From assembly GCA_031402315.1 (NCBI GenBank), contig JANNSF010000248.1, forward strand, positions 1-49,619: DNA of 49,619 nucleotides, given 5' to 3'. Each line of letters begins with the position of its first letter. The first letter of the stretch is position 1. This document shows positions 1 to 9,623 of this stretch, one piece after another. The position numbers and the translations under genes were made by a program. Source of the DNA: a bacterium. Its GTDB lineage: Bacteria > CLD3 > SB21. The notes beneath the pieces are model-generated. The model did no database searches. It was given only the letters and a program-made list of their open reading frames with translations, and was not told the DNA's origin.

Positions 1-2493
1 CATTGACAGTAATCAGTGACTTATCAATACTTGCCGGAATCGAAGTATTGGTGGGGAAAGTAATAACAATAGTATTTCCAATACTCAGTGCGCCACTTGA
101 TCCGGTCGTAAATTTGATGGTGAATGATGGTGAACCGTTAACCGTAGTTGGTGACGGAGTTACCTGGGTAATTGTCAACGATGCCGTCGCGGCCAGAGTT
201 AGATTTCCGGTTTGTACGGAAGAGACAAATTCTGTACTTGTTTCAACGATCACGGTATACGTTCCCGCCGAAGGTCCATTCTGCAGTCGAGCCGCGGTGT
301 CAATAGTCACCGTAGCCTGAGTACTTGCCGGTAAAGTCATACCGCTTGGGACAACGACGGCTATTTTCCCATTTGAACCTGAAGTAAGGACGCTAACACT
401 CGAACACGCCGTACCATTAACTTTGACATTGGCGGCAGTAATACTGGCCGGTACGACTGTCCCTCCAGTTGAAAAAGTTATATAAATTGAGTCGGATCCT
501 GCACTCGTTCCTCCAACCAATTTTCCATTGGGTAAGCGTCAACCAATCGACGCGAACGGTCACAATCGTTGTGGGCTCCAACAATAAAACATTTGCGAAT
601 ATTATTTTTGCCGCGTGACGTGAGGGTTTGGCCTGTTCCGCCTGTAAGGGAGACATTTCCGGTCAGGCTTGACGGCATCGTTGTACCTTCTGGAAAAATA
701 ACTGTAACGCCGTCCCCACTGCTTAGATTAGTAATTCCTCCGCAATAAATAGTATCCGCAGAAGCCTGATTAACGCCATTGGTACCTATTCCTACCCTAG
801 AAATGGTAAGCGCGGCGGCATTCGTTATGGCGTAAGTGGAGGTGACCTGAAATGTTTTCTCCACCGACGTTGCAATACTGGCGGTATAAGTACTGGAAGT
901 TGCCGGATTTGTAATTCCACCGATCTTGAGGGTAATGGCCCCACTATTTGTTATGTTAACCGATGCCGGAATCCTGACACTCACCGTGTCTCCACTGCGT
1001 GATCCGGATGCAAGAACTCCATTCACCGTATCCGCGAGTGTTCCGTAAGCGGTACCCGTTGGGAAAACGACACGAATAGAATCAGTCCCGGCAACGAGGC
1101 GCCCATAGGTTCCGGTAGAAAAACCAAAATCATACCGGACACCCGTCGTGGATGGTACTGAACTTGTAACAGCAATTGTCGACGTTGTCACCGAGCTGGT
1201 CGCTGCAATAATACCAAACGGGTTGGATGCCACCGCAGCGTCAATCACAATCCCGCCACCGACGGAATCGGTTTGGATCGAAATGGTGTAGTTGCCGGCC
1301 TTTTCTGGATTTTGAATATTGGCAGACGACGCAAAAATCACACTTGCACTGGCTCCGTTAGCAATGGCAATCGGAGTTACAATAGCCACTCTTTTGGGTG
1401 AAGAGATGTAGATTGTAACTGAAGCCGCGTTATCGCTGAAGCCGCCGGAGGAAATCGTAACATTTCCGGTAGCGATACTCGAAGGAACCACCGTGTTGCC
1501 TGTAAAAGTAACGATGATACTATCTTTGTTAGCCCTGAGTTTTCCCGTGCTGCTCACCACAAAATCCACGGTATATTGCGGGAACGAATTGGCAATATTA
1601 TCGGCAATAGAAATCGCACTGACAGAGAGCTGATTTGCGCTCGAAATAACATAACTGGCAGACACAACGCGGGTTATTTCTGACGACGTGTATATCGTTA
1701 CCGTCTTGGTTCCGTTGGTTGGATTGTAAATGCCCGAGCCGGTAGAAAAATTGATCGTTACTCCCCCGCTATTATCAACGGCAAGTGGAGCCGTGATAAT
1801 GACCGAATCGCCTGCGTCCGTTCCAGAGGCTGTAGCTGAGGTTCCGTTAAAAGTTACACCCGAAATAGAACCTGTCGGAATGGTCGTACCGGAGGGAAAT
1901 TTAATGGTCACCGTCGAACTGGTCGTCAAGGCACCGCCGGCGCCAACACTAAAAACTATATTGTAAGTTGCGTTGAGTGACTCTACGGAAGAATTGGGTG
2001 TTACGGCCGCCGAGCTGATCTGCGTTGTTGTTGCCGTAACTTGAAAATAAGCCGTGAAAACATCCGTGGTTTCAGTAGAGGTGCGTACCTGTAATCGGTA
2101 AAATGCGGCTACGGACGGGTTCCGAATTCCCGCGGACGCGGAAATAATTATCTTTATGGATGCGGCCGGATTTTTATAATGCGTAGGGGTTGTAATAGTA
2201 ACCGCCTGTCCGGAAACCGTCACGTTTGTTGCGGCCACTCCATCCACAGTCACAAGCGACGAGGCAATCGAGGAAGGAACAAAATTGGAGTCGTCAAATG
2301 TTATGGTAATCGTGCCGGAACCCGCGAGTAACTCCCCTGCCGCACCATTAGCTATGGTAACACCCACCTTAATTTGAGCGTTTGTATTTGTACTCGTCGG
2401 CGAAACACGCATGGTATCCGTTCCCAAAGCGAAAAGGGTATTTGAAAACACCATTCCGAGTAATCCAAAAACTATTGCACCAGAACGTTTCAT
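1..2493 (-). pseudogene. Large secreted Ser/Thr/Val-rich surface protein with tandem ~130-140-aa beta-rich repeats; disrupted at ~530-616 and running off the left edge
   Basis: ATG at 2493 gives a signal peptide (MKRSGAIVFGLLGMVFSNTLFA). A recurring unit reads Y.I.F...G.L....I.I.FP.GT..P.SI....V.VNG...V.I..P...I.NP...Y...TS.E. The first frame loses repeat character after GQTLTS (~616). A different minus frame is open from 529 to 2 and resumes the repeat (NGKLVGGTSAGSDSIYITF...IVITFPTNTSIPASIDKSLITVN). Confidence 0.75.
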
Positions 2494-2674
2494 TTTTTTC
2501 CTGTCAGAAAATGTAAAATTTCTTACCCATGATGCCCTCTCTACTCTTCCTTTTATTTGGGAAGTCTCGTCGGACATCACTGTATGACTTAAGTCATTCG
2601 TAAACATGATAAGAAGATAGTGCCCGCGGTAACAATGGGATAAAACGCGTATTTATAACTTACCGATAAATAAT

Positions 2675-2690
2675 TACGTATTTTTACTTA
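2675..2690. promoter_or_regulatory. Candidate NarL/LuxR-type operator (TACGTAT-TT-TTACTTA, 7-2-7 imperfect palindrome)
   Basis: Overlaps the stop codon of the NarL-type regulator and lies upstream of the surface-protein gene. Its geometry resembles NarL-family boxes. Confidence 0.4.
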
Positions 2691-3337
2691 TGATCAACTA
2701 AACCATTATCCATAGCATAACGGACAAGTGTTGTTGAATTATGAATACGAAGTTTATGCATGATATTGGCACGATGAGTATCTACTGTTCGCGGGCTTAG
2801 GAACAGCGCTTTGCCAATTTCATTGGAGGATAGCCCATTCGCAATGAATTGTAAAATTTGTTTTTCGCGCGCCGTTAATAGGTCCATCGCCTCTTCATTG
2901 CCCGCCTTCTGAAGCTTTTTCTCCGTATATTTTCCCACCAGCGCGATGGCCCCCTCACTGAAATATCGTTCGCCGGACACTACGCGCCTAATCGCTTTAA
3001 TGATTTCATCGCCCGGCGCGTTTTTCAATAGATAGCCCGAAACGCCAAGTTCAATCATTCGTCCCAAAAACATTTCATCTTCATGCATTGTAAGGACGAT
3101 CACACGCACCGTCGATTTTTTCTTCTGCAGAGTTTTTGCTATATCAATGCCGGACATACCCGGAAGGCTTATATCTAATAGTATTACATCCGGCTTTAGA
3201 GTCTCAATCTTCTGCAAAGCTGTTTCGCCGGAATCAACTTCACCGACCACTTTGAAGCCATTCTCTTCCAGCAAATTGCGAATGCCCACCCGAACCATCG
3301 GATGATCGTCAATAAGTAAGATACTTGTATTTTTCAT
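2684..3337 (-). CDS. NarL/LuxR-family two-component response regulator
   Basis: REC domain (LLIDDH, LLDISLPG, SGYLLK) plus LuxR HTH (LTAREKQIL...LSPRTVDTHRANIMHKL). Confidence 0.95.
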   Translation of the reverse strand: MKNTSILLIDDHPMVRVGIRNLLEENGFKVVGEVDSGETALQKIETLKPDVILLDISLPGMSGIDIAKTLQKKKSTVRVIVLTMHEDEMFLGRMIELGVSGYLLKNAPGDEIIKAIRRVVSGERYFSEGAIALVGKYTEKKLQKAGNEEAMDLLTAREKQILQFIANGLSSNEIGKALFLSPRTVDTHRANIMHKLRIHNSTTLVRYAMDNGLVDHK

Positions 3338-3387
3338 TTTAATTTATCTTGTTGAAACATGAATTTTACAATCCGTTCGTATGTCCA

Positions 3388-5747
3388 TCAGGAATGCTCT
3401 CCAACTTCGAGTGGAATTTCTACAAATATTACAGCACCATGACCGATTGTAGAATCAATATGGAACTTTCCATTCAAATTTTCAACTCGATCTTTTATGT
3501 TTGAAATTCCAATCCCAAGATTTGCTTTTGAAAAATCGAACCTATGCCATCGTCTTCAACCACCAAGATCAGCTTGTCGATATGCCCGATGATTTGCACT
3601 GATACTGATTTGGCTTCGGCATGTTTCACGATATTTTGCAAAGATTCCTGCAAAATTCGATAGACCGCAAGTTCAATATCCTTTGAATAACGTTCCCTTA
3701 AGTTAAATGACTGAAATGAAATTCGAAGCCCGGAGTCCTCGACCAATTTATTTAAAGCATATTCCAGTCCCAGTTCTTCCAAAACTCTGGGCATGAGACG
3801 ATAAGACATTGTGCGCGCTTCGTTGGCCGCTTCGTCCGACAGTTTTAGGGCGGTCTTGCGATAGTCGAGACTTTTTGTGTCTTGCGGCGAAATCGTAATG
3901 AGTTCAACGTGACGACGAATTGCTGAAAGCTGCTGGGATAGACCATCGTGCAATTCGTGGGCAAGCCGTCGCCGTTCTTCTTCTTGGGTTTGTAAGACGG
4001 CGGCGATTCGAGCCTTTTGAATTCTCAAATTCTCATCGGATTGCTGAATTTTCTTCCGCTCTGTGATGTCGTACCCTACCGAGATCAGAAATTGGCCTGG
4101 TCGGATCGACTGATGCCATTCTATTAGTCGGACATCACCCTGTTTGTTTTTCGTCGCCAACTCAAAAATCGTATCGCGAAAAAGTATGCCGCCTTGAACT
4201 GCCTTTTTTGCATAATCCCAATCGCGTGTTCTTTGCTCTTCATCCGAATATACTGAAAACCACCAATGGTCACCCAAGAGTTCGGCCGGCAAATAGCCTA
4301 GCATTTTTTTGCTTGCCTGATTTACGTAAATGACTTGCCCGAGTTCATTTGTAAGGACAACAAGATTATCCAGTTGGTTCAGGATTTCATAGGATAGTCG
4401 AACCTCTTCGAGAAATTTTCTTTCGGTAATATTGCGGTGAATGGACAACATGGTCGGCGTATTTTTATACGATATCTTCGTGAATTTTGCTTCTACGATT
4501 ATTACTCGACCCTCGCGTGTCCGGTGCTCAAATTCAAAACTTCCTCCCTGCTCTCCCAGGGACTCCGCGATGTGGGATGTCCAGTCCGGCCAAATTTCTT
4601 GAATCGTCAATTTTTCAAACTCTTTCTCTGAATATCCGTAGAGCTTGGCACCATGACGATTGAATCGCAATATTCTTCCTTCATCGTCTAAGATAAACAT
4701 CGCTTCGTGGGCATTTTCAAATAGAAGTCTATAATCCAGTTCAGAGGCACGCAAGACAGTCTCCAAACTTTCCTTTTCTTTGATTTGCTTTTCAAGTTGG
4801 GATTTCTGCTCAAAAAAATACTCCATAAGAATGGCTATTCTCCCAAACTCGTCTGACTTATTTCTAAGGCGTTTCAAGGGCTTCTCGGACTGAGTATTGA
4901 GCGCCACGGATATCCGTGACAATGGAATCCCGACCCAAAATGCAAGAAGACCCATGAGCGACGTCATTACAACAACGACTATAATCAACAGATTCGATTC
5001 TTCGTCTATCGCAAGTCTGTTAATTTCTCCAACTTCCGGCACGCTAAACGCGGCATGAATATACGCTAAAGGTAAACCATTGATCGCATGGATTGGAATT
5101 GAGAAATCCACCGAATCACCGTAGCTAGCAAATCGCGATGAAGGGGATGGAATAATGGATACTTCCCCATTTACAAGATCAGCCAGTTGCTGTTGGTATC
5201 TCTTCGTCCACATTCGACCGGCGACAAAATATCCTTGGGGGCTGGAAATTCTTTTATTATCACTACTGGGCTGAATCGGAGTCGTGTGAATCTCCATAAA
5301 TCCACCCGACATAGAAACGAAAAAGTGAGAGAACCACTTTCTTGCAATGCGATTGGCAAGGGTATCCCTGTCCAACGGCTCCGGCCATGGTTGATCCAGA
5401 CTATGCGGCGATTGGTTGATCAAAGTGAAGTTAGAATCGTAGATCCAAACAGCGTCTACTGAAAAATTATCCAGCACGCTTTCAATGTTTTCCAGGCTCC
5501 AGCCTTGATTTCTCGACCGCGTATACGCTACCATTTCGTCCCAATAGGTATAGTCGTAGACAAAAGCCTCTATCTGCCGGGATTGAAACGCCACAAACTT
5601 TTCAAACATTTGTTTGCGCTCTTGCCGTTCGGATTCAAAAATTTGATTGAATCGGTTTGCGTCTTTTTGGCGTGTGTACGACGCGAAAGCAAGAATAAAA
5701 ATGAAAATCGAAGCCACGAGAAGTCCGATTTTATACTGTATCTTCAT
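3388..5747 (-). pseudogene. Sensor histidine kinase (TM-CHASE4-TM-HAMP-like-PAS-PAS-HisKA_3-HATPase) with a 1-bp frameshift at ~3540
   Basis: DYTYWDEM (CHASE4-like), two PAS domains, ERRRLAHELHDGLSQ, QESLQNIVKHA and EDDGIG. Adding one T at GGT-TCG restores GFDFSKANLGIGISNIKDRVENLNGKFHIDSTIGHGAVIFVEIP...* (stop at 3388-3390). The ORF-track version ends at 3495. Confidence 0.88.
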
Positions 5748-5830
5748 TGAAATTAATTTTTAATCGTGACTTCAATCAAACGAAAAGCGATGCTAAATCA
5801 TTGAGGGCGGTCGTCGTAGGAATCGCTGTA

Positions 5831-6391
5831 CTATGTGATTCTGTAATCGGGCTTCAGAATGCTGTATAAGTAATGATCAACACGCTTTCCGCGTATATTG
5901 AAATAGGCGGCGAGAATTCCCTCACGTCGAAACCCCAGCTTCTCAAGCAGTTTGTACGAATTGAAATTTTCGACGGAGCATTTGGCCTCAATGCGATAGA
6001 TAGTAGTCTCCAAAAAGATCTTTTGCAGAAGCTGATCCAGCGATTCACGCCCATAGCCCTGGCCCTGGTACGATTCCGAAATGCTGTAGCCAATTTCTGC
6101 AATCTGATGTTCCCAAGAACGCACGCTCATCGTGATCCAACCGATCGGCTCAGCCCAGTCCGTTGTTTCGATGATCCATTGAAAGCGCTCTTGTGAAAAA
6201 TCATTCAGGTCATTGGCCGCGTAACGCAAAAGATCCGTTCGAATCTGATCGACACTTGCATAATTCAGCGGTTGATGCGCTCGAACTTTGACCTGGATAC
6301 GCCATTTGAATATATGTTCGGCGTCCGAAACGATGGGATTTCGTAGGCGTATTCGAGATACTGAACGTAATGAGGGCCATGTCTCTACCAT
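5831..6391 (-). CDS. GNAT acetyltransferase, RimJ/RimL type
   Basis: AEIGYSI, YQGQGYG (motif A), N..S.KLLEKLGFRREG. Confidence 0.9.
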   Translation of the reverse strand: MVETWPSLRSVSRIRLRNPIVSDAEHIFKWRIQVKVRAHQPLNYASVDQIRTDLLRYAANDLNDFSQERFQWIIETTDWAEPIGWITMSVRSWEHQIAEIGYSISESYQGQGYGRESLDQLLQKIFLETTIYRIEAKCSVENFNSYKLLEKLGFRREGILAAYFNIRGKRVDHYLYSILKPDYRIT

Positions 6392-6503
6392 GGACGTGAA
6401 ATTAGATTATTGAAAGGCAAAAACCCAACATTATTTTGGAGAAAACCTAACCTCATTAGTTATACTATTGTATTTATTGTAATTACGATCAAAATTTTAT
6501 TTC

Positions 6504-6532
6504 TTGACAAACGAGGGTGTTTCCTATATATT
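6504..6532 (+). promoter_or_regulatory. Sigma70-type promoter of rpmG
   Basis: TTGACA (6504-6509), 17-nt spacer, TATATT (6527-6532), ahead of a GGAG RBS. Confidence 0.7.
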
Positions 6533-6616
6533 GTCGCCCATTTTGGATAATTATTGGTTTGTGCGATATTTTGATACATATAGAATAATTTTATATAAAA
6601 GGATTGGAGTCTAGTC

Positions 6617-6799
6617 ATGGCAAAAAAAGGTAACCGCATCGTGATCACGCTGGAGTGCACGACCTGCAAAGACAGCGCGCTTCCGGGTGTCTCGCGCTAT
6701 ACGAGTGAAAAAAACAAAAAGAATACAACCGAACGCCTTGAAGTTAAGAAATTCTGCAGATTCGAGCGTAAACACACCCCTCACAAAGAAACCCGTTAG
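6617..6799 (+). CDS. rpmG: 50S ribosomal protein bL33
   Basis: [17 protein letters not shown]...[22 protein letters not shown]...HTPHKETR is a typical L33 sequence. Confidence 0.96.
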   Translation: MAKKGNRIVITLECTTCKDSALPGVSRYTSEKNKKNTTERLEVKKFCRFERKHTPHKETR

Positions 6800-6829
6800 A
6801 GAAACTCACCGTTGTAGAAAGGCGGAATC

Positions 6830-7033
6830 ATGGCAAAAAAGCAAACCTTCGTAGATAAAACATCCAAAGTGGCTTCGTACGCGGCAAAAATAAAATGCGG
6901 CGCTTGTAAACAAGAAACGGTTGTCGGCGATGCGAAATTCATAGATTCAAAAATCTCTGAAAAAACCGGCGCCTGGAAGTTCTTGGAACGTAAAGTCAAA
7001 CTTTGCGGAAATTGCGGCGCAATCGTAGCGTAA
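6830..7033 (+). CDS. DUF4295 / ribosomal protein bL38-like small basic protein with two CxxC pairs
   Basis: Directly after rpmG; MAKK N-terminus and SEKTGAWKF motif resembling the DUF4295 S.KTGAY.F motif; CGAC...CGNC. Confidence 0.65.
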   Translation: MAKKQTFVDKTSKVASYAAKIKCGACKQETVVGDAKFIDSKISEKTGAWKFLERKVKLCGNCGAIVA

Positions 7034-7055
7034 TTTAATATTCGTTTTAAGATTT

Positions 7056-7104
7056 TAAAACGACTTATGGTCTTGACAATGGACTGTAAGTCGTTTTATA
7101 TTTT
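7056..7104 (+). terminator. Intrinsic terminator after the rpmG operon, overlapping a promoter for cdsA
   Basis: 17-bp stem TAAAACGACTTATGGTC / GACTGTAAGTCGTTTTA (with G-U pairs) and a T-rich tail. TTGACA (7073-7078) is in the loop and TATATT is at 7097-7102. Confidence 0.7.
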
Positions 7105-7165
7105 ACGCCTTTCTTCATGATCGATTTGCCTTACGCAAGGCGTTACCACTAGCCGGAAAAAACCA

Positions 7166-7984
7166 TTGAGTCCAAACATGTCTCGTGTGATTGTCGCCGT
7201 CGTCGCGATCCCGTTTTTCATTGCAGCCATCTGGTTCGGCCACATCTATTTTCTGGCGCTCGTCATGGGCATGACTTTGCTTGGAATTCCGGAAATTCTA
7301 AATCTTTTTCGTCAGAAGGGCTGTTCACCACAAACCTACAGTACTCACGCTTTTGGCGCAACCTGGATTCTGCTGTTCTACTTAGGATCATGGGAATGGT
7401 CGTTCCCACTATTGATGGCGATGATTCTGACTTTACTGATCGTTGAATTATTTCGCAACGACGGTTCGGCATTACTCAACGTCGCCGCCACCCTCTTTTC
7501 GGTTATGTACGCCGCCATTTTGATGGGCTCTATTTTGGTTTTGCGTCAGACGAATTCCACGATGGGCGCCGCGTTTGTGTTTCTTGTTTTTGCCAGTATT
7601 TGGGCCTGCGATACAAGCGCGTATTACGGCGGACGGTATTTGGGCAAACATAAATTTTTTGAGCGCGTGAGCCCTAAAAAAACATGGGAGGGCGCTGTAA
7701 CGGGACTGTTAGGCGCTTGTTTTGGCGTTTTCGTTGTACGCACTTTGTTTGTTTCAAATGACTGGACGTATACTCTTTCAATTTCCCAAACGTTGATGAT
7801 CGGAATTTTCGGAGGAACCTTGGGGCAGGTCGGGGATCTGGCCGAGTCCCTCTTGAAGCGCGATGCCGCCGTCAAAGATTCCAGTTCGATACTTCCCGGA
7901 CATGGAGGAATTCTGGATCGCTTTGACAGTATGCTGTTTGTCGCGCCAGCCACGTACATCTATGTCACTTACATTGTCAATTGA
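7166..7984 (+). CDS. cdsA: Phosphatidate cytidylyltransferase
   Basis: DTSAYYGG, SPKKTWEG, GDLAESLLKRDAAVKDSSSILPGHGGILDRFDS signature. Start is TTG 7166 or ATG 7178. Confidence 0.95.
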   Translation: MSPNMSRVIVAVVAIPFFIAAIWFGHIYFLALVMGMTLLGIPEILNLFRQKGCSPQTYSTHAFGATWILLFYLGSWEWSFPLLMAMILTLLIVELFRNDGSALLNVAATLFSVMYAAILMGSILVLRQTNSTMGAAFVFLVFASIWACDTSAYYGGRYLGKHKFFERVSPKKTWEGAVTGLLGACFGVFVVRTLFVSNDWTYTLSISQTLMIGIFGGTLGQVGDLAESLLKRDAAVKDSSSILPGHGGILDRFDSMLFVAPATYIYVTYIVN

Positions 7985-7991
7985 TCGTACG

Positions 7992-9623
7992 ATGCGCTTT
8001 GCTTTTCTGCGCCTGGCCATCTTTTTTTCATTCGCGCTGATCGGTTGTCGATCCAAGATTCCCCAAGGCGGGTCTGTCGTCATAGCGCTGAGCGCCGACG
8101 CCGATATTTTGAATCCTCTCTTTGCAAGCGGCAGCAATTCTCAAACTTTTCTGTATTTCCTTTATCCGGATCTCATAGAGCACCGGTTCAACGAAAAAAC
8201 TGGCCGAGACTCTATTATACCCGCACTGGCACGAACATGGACTTGGTCGGAAGATGGGCGATCGCTGACGTATCATCTGCGTACGGATCGACTTTGGAGC
8301 GACGGAAAAGTCATATCCGCGAAAGACATTGAATTTTCCTATCAACTTTATTTGAATCCAAAATCCGGAGCCATCCGGCGCGGAAAGCTTTCGCTTCTGG
8401 ACTCGGACAAGCCGGTAACGGCCGTCGACGATTCGACTTTGATGTTCAGATTTCAACCCGGCGTTCCAAAGTTTATTGCGCAGGATCAAACCACCTTAGG
8501 CTTCATTGCAAATCATCGATTCGATTCGCTGGAAATTGAAAAAATAAGATCCTCGCCGCTTAATAAAAAGCCTGTTTCAGGAAAGTATTTCAAACTTGAA
8601 AGCTGGTTACCGAAACAGGAGATGGTCTTGAAAAAAGACCCTCTATGGTTGCCATCGGCCAATCTGGATCGAATTCTATTCAAGATCATCCCCGACGCGC
8701 AGACACGCCTTGTCGAATTGAAGACCGGGAATGTGGACCTTATTGAAGGGATTTCTCCCGACGATGCACGTGAATTGAATAGAAATAATCCGGAGATTCG
8801 AATCGAAAAACAATCCTTGCGCCGGGTTGAATTTATTGGCTGGAATTCTATCGATCCCGCTGTTTACAAGAAAACTAAGATTATCAAACCTCATCCGCTT
8901 TTTGGCGACGCACGAGTTCGCCGCGCGCTTACGCTGGCTATAAATCGGGACGAAATTTTGCAATCAACTCTTGGAGAATTTGGCCAGCTTGCCACAGGCG
9001 CGATCTCGCCTGCTTTCCGATGGGCTTATAACGATACTCTCCATTCCCCCGGCTTTAGCATGGATGAATCCATTAGGCTCTTCGCCGCCGCCGGATGGTC
9101 CGATCACGACGGCGACGGGGTCATCGACAAAAACGGCGTCAATTTTGAATTTACGCTGACCACCAATTCCGGTAATGACCGGCGTATGTTTGTTCTACAA
9201 AAAGTGCAAAGCGATCTAAGAAAAATCGGAATACGTATTCAAACCAAAACTCTGGAAACAAATACGTTTAATACGGGTCTGCGTAATAGGGAATGGGATG
9301 CTTTTATTACCGGTTGGACGGTAAATCTGATCCCGGATTTACAGTCGCAATTCGGTTCCGATCTCGAAAAAAATCCTCTCAATGGAATGGCGTATCAAAG
9401 TGGCGTCGTCGATAGTTTACTTCGCGGGGCGGCGCGCGCGGCGGACGAAACCGCCGCCGGCGAATGGCTGAAAAAAATTCAGGTAGTAATCAACGAAGAT
9501 CAACCGGTCACATTTCTCTATTGGTACGATCATCTTATCGCCATTCGCTCCCGCCTGCAAGGCGTGCGCGCCGACATGATCTCGCCGTACCATCATTTTT
9601 GGGAATGGTACGTGAAGCCATGA
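7992..9623 (+). CDS. Oligopeptide/nickel-type ABC substrate-binding lipoprotein (family 5, AppA-like)
   Basis: Lipobox (FALIGC) from ATG 7992; IPALARTWTWSEDGRSLTYHLR, WSDG, DARVRRALTLAINR. Confidence 0.9.
   Translation: MRFAFLRLAIFFSFALIGCRSKIPQGGSVVIALSADADILNPLFASGSNSQTFLYFLYPDLIEHRFNEKTGRDSIIPALARTWTWSEDGRSLTYHLRTDRLWSDGKVISAKDIEFSYQLYLNPKSGAIRRGKLSLLDSDKPVTAVDDSTLMFRFQPGVPKFIAQDQTTLGFIANHRFDSLEIEKIRSSPLNKKPVSGKYFKLESWLPKQEMVLKKDPLWLPSANLDRILFKIIPDAQTRLVELKTGNVDLIEGISPDDARELNRNNPEIRIEKQSLRRVEFIGWNSIDPAVYKKTKIIKPHPLFGDARVRRALTLAINRDEILQSTLGEFGQLATGAISPAFRWAYNDTLHSPGFSMDESIRLFAAAGWSDHDGDGVIDKNGVNFEFTLTTNSGNDRRMFVLQKVQSDLRKIGIRIQTKTLETNTFNTGLRNREWDAFITGWTVNLIPDLQSQFGSDLEKNPLNGMAYQSGVVDSLLRGAARAADETAAGEWLKKIQVVINEDQPVTFLYWYDHLIAIRSRLQGVRADMISPYHHFWEWYVKP

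Noticed and set aside
531-616. Recombinase-driven invertible switch or shufflon
   Set aside because: There are no flanking inverted repeats of convincing length and no recombinase gene. Re-inversion does not restore the frame because sequence is missing.
3-656. ORFs 3..320 (+) and 417..656 (-) as real genes
   Set aside because: 3..320 is the codon-register antisense shadow of the repeat protein. 417..656 is an alternative frame whose middle is the shadow of the inverted segment.
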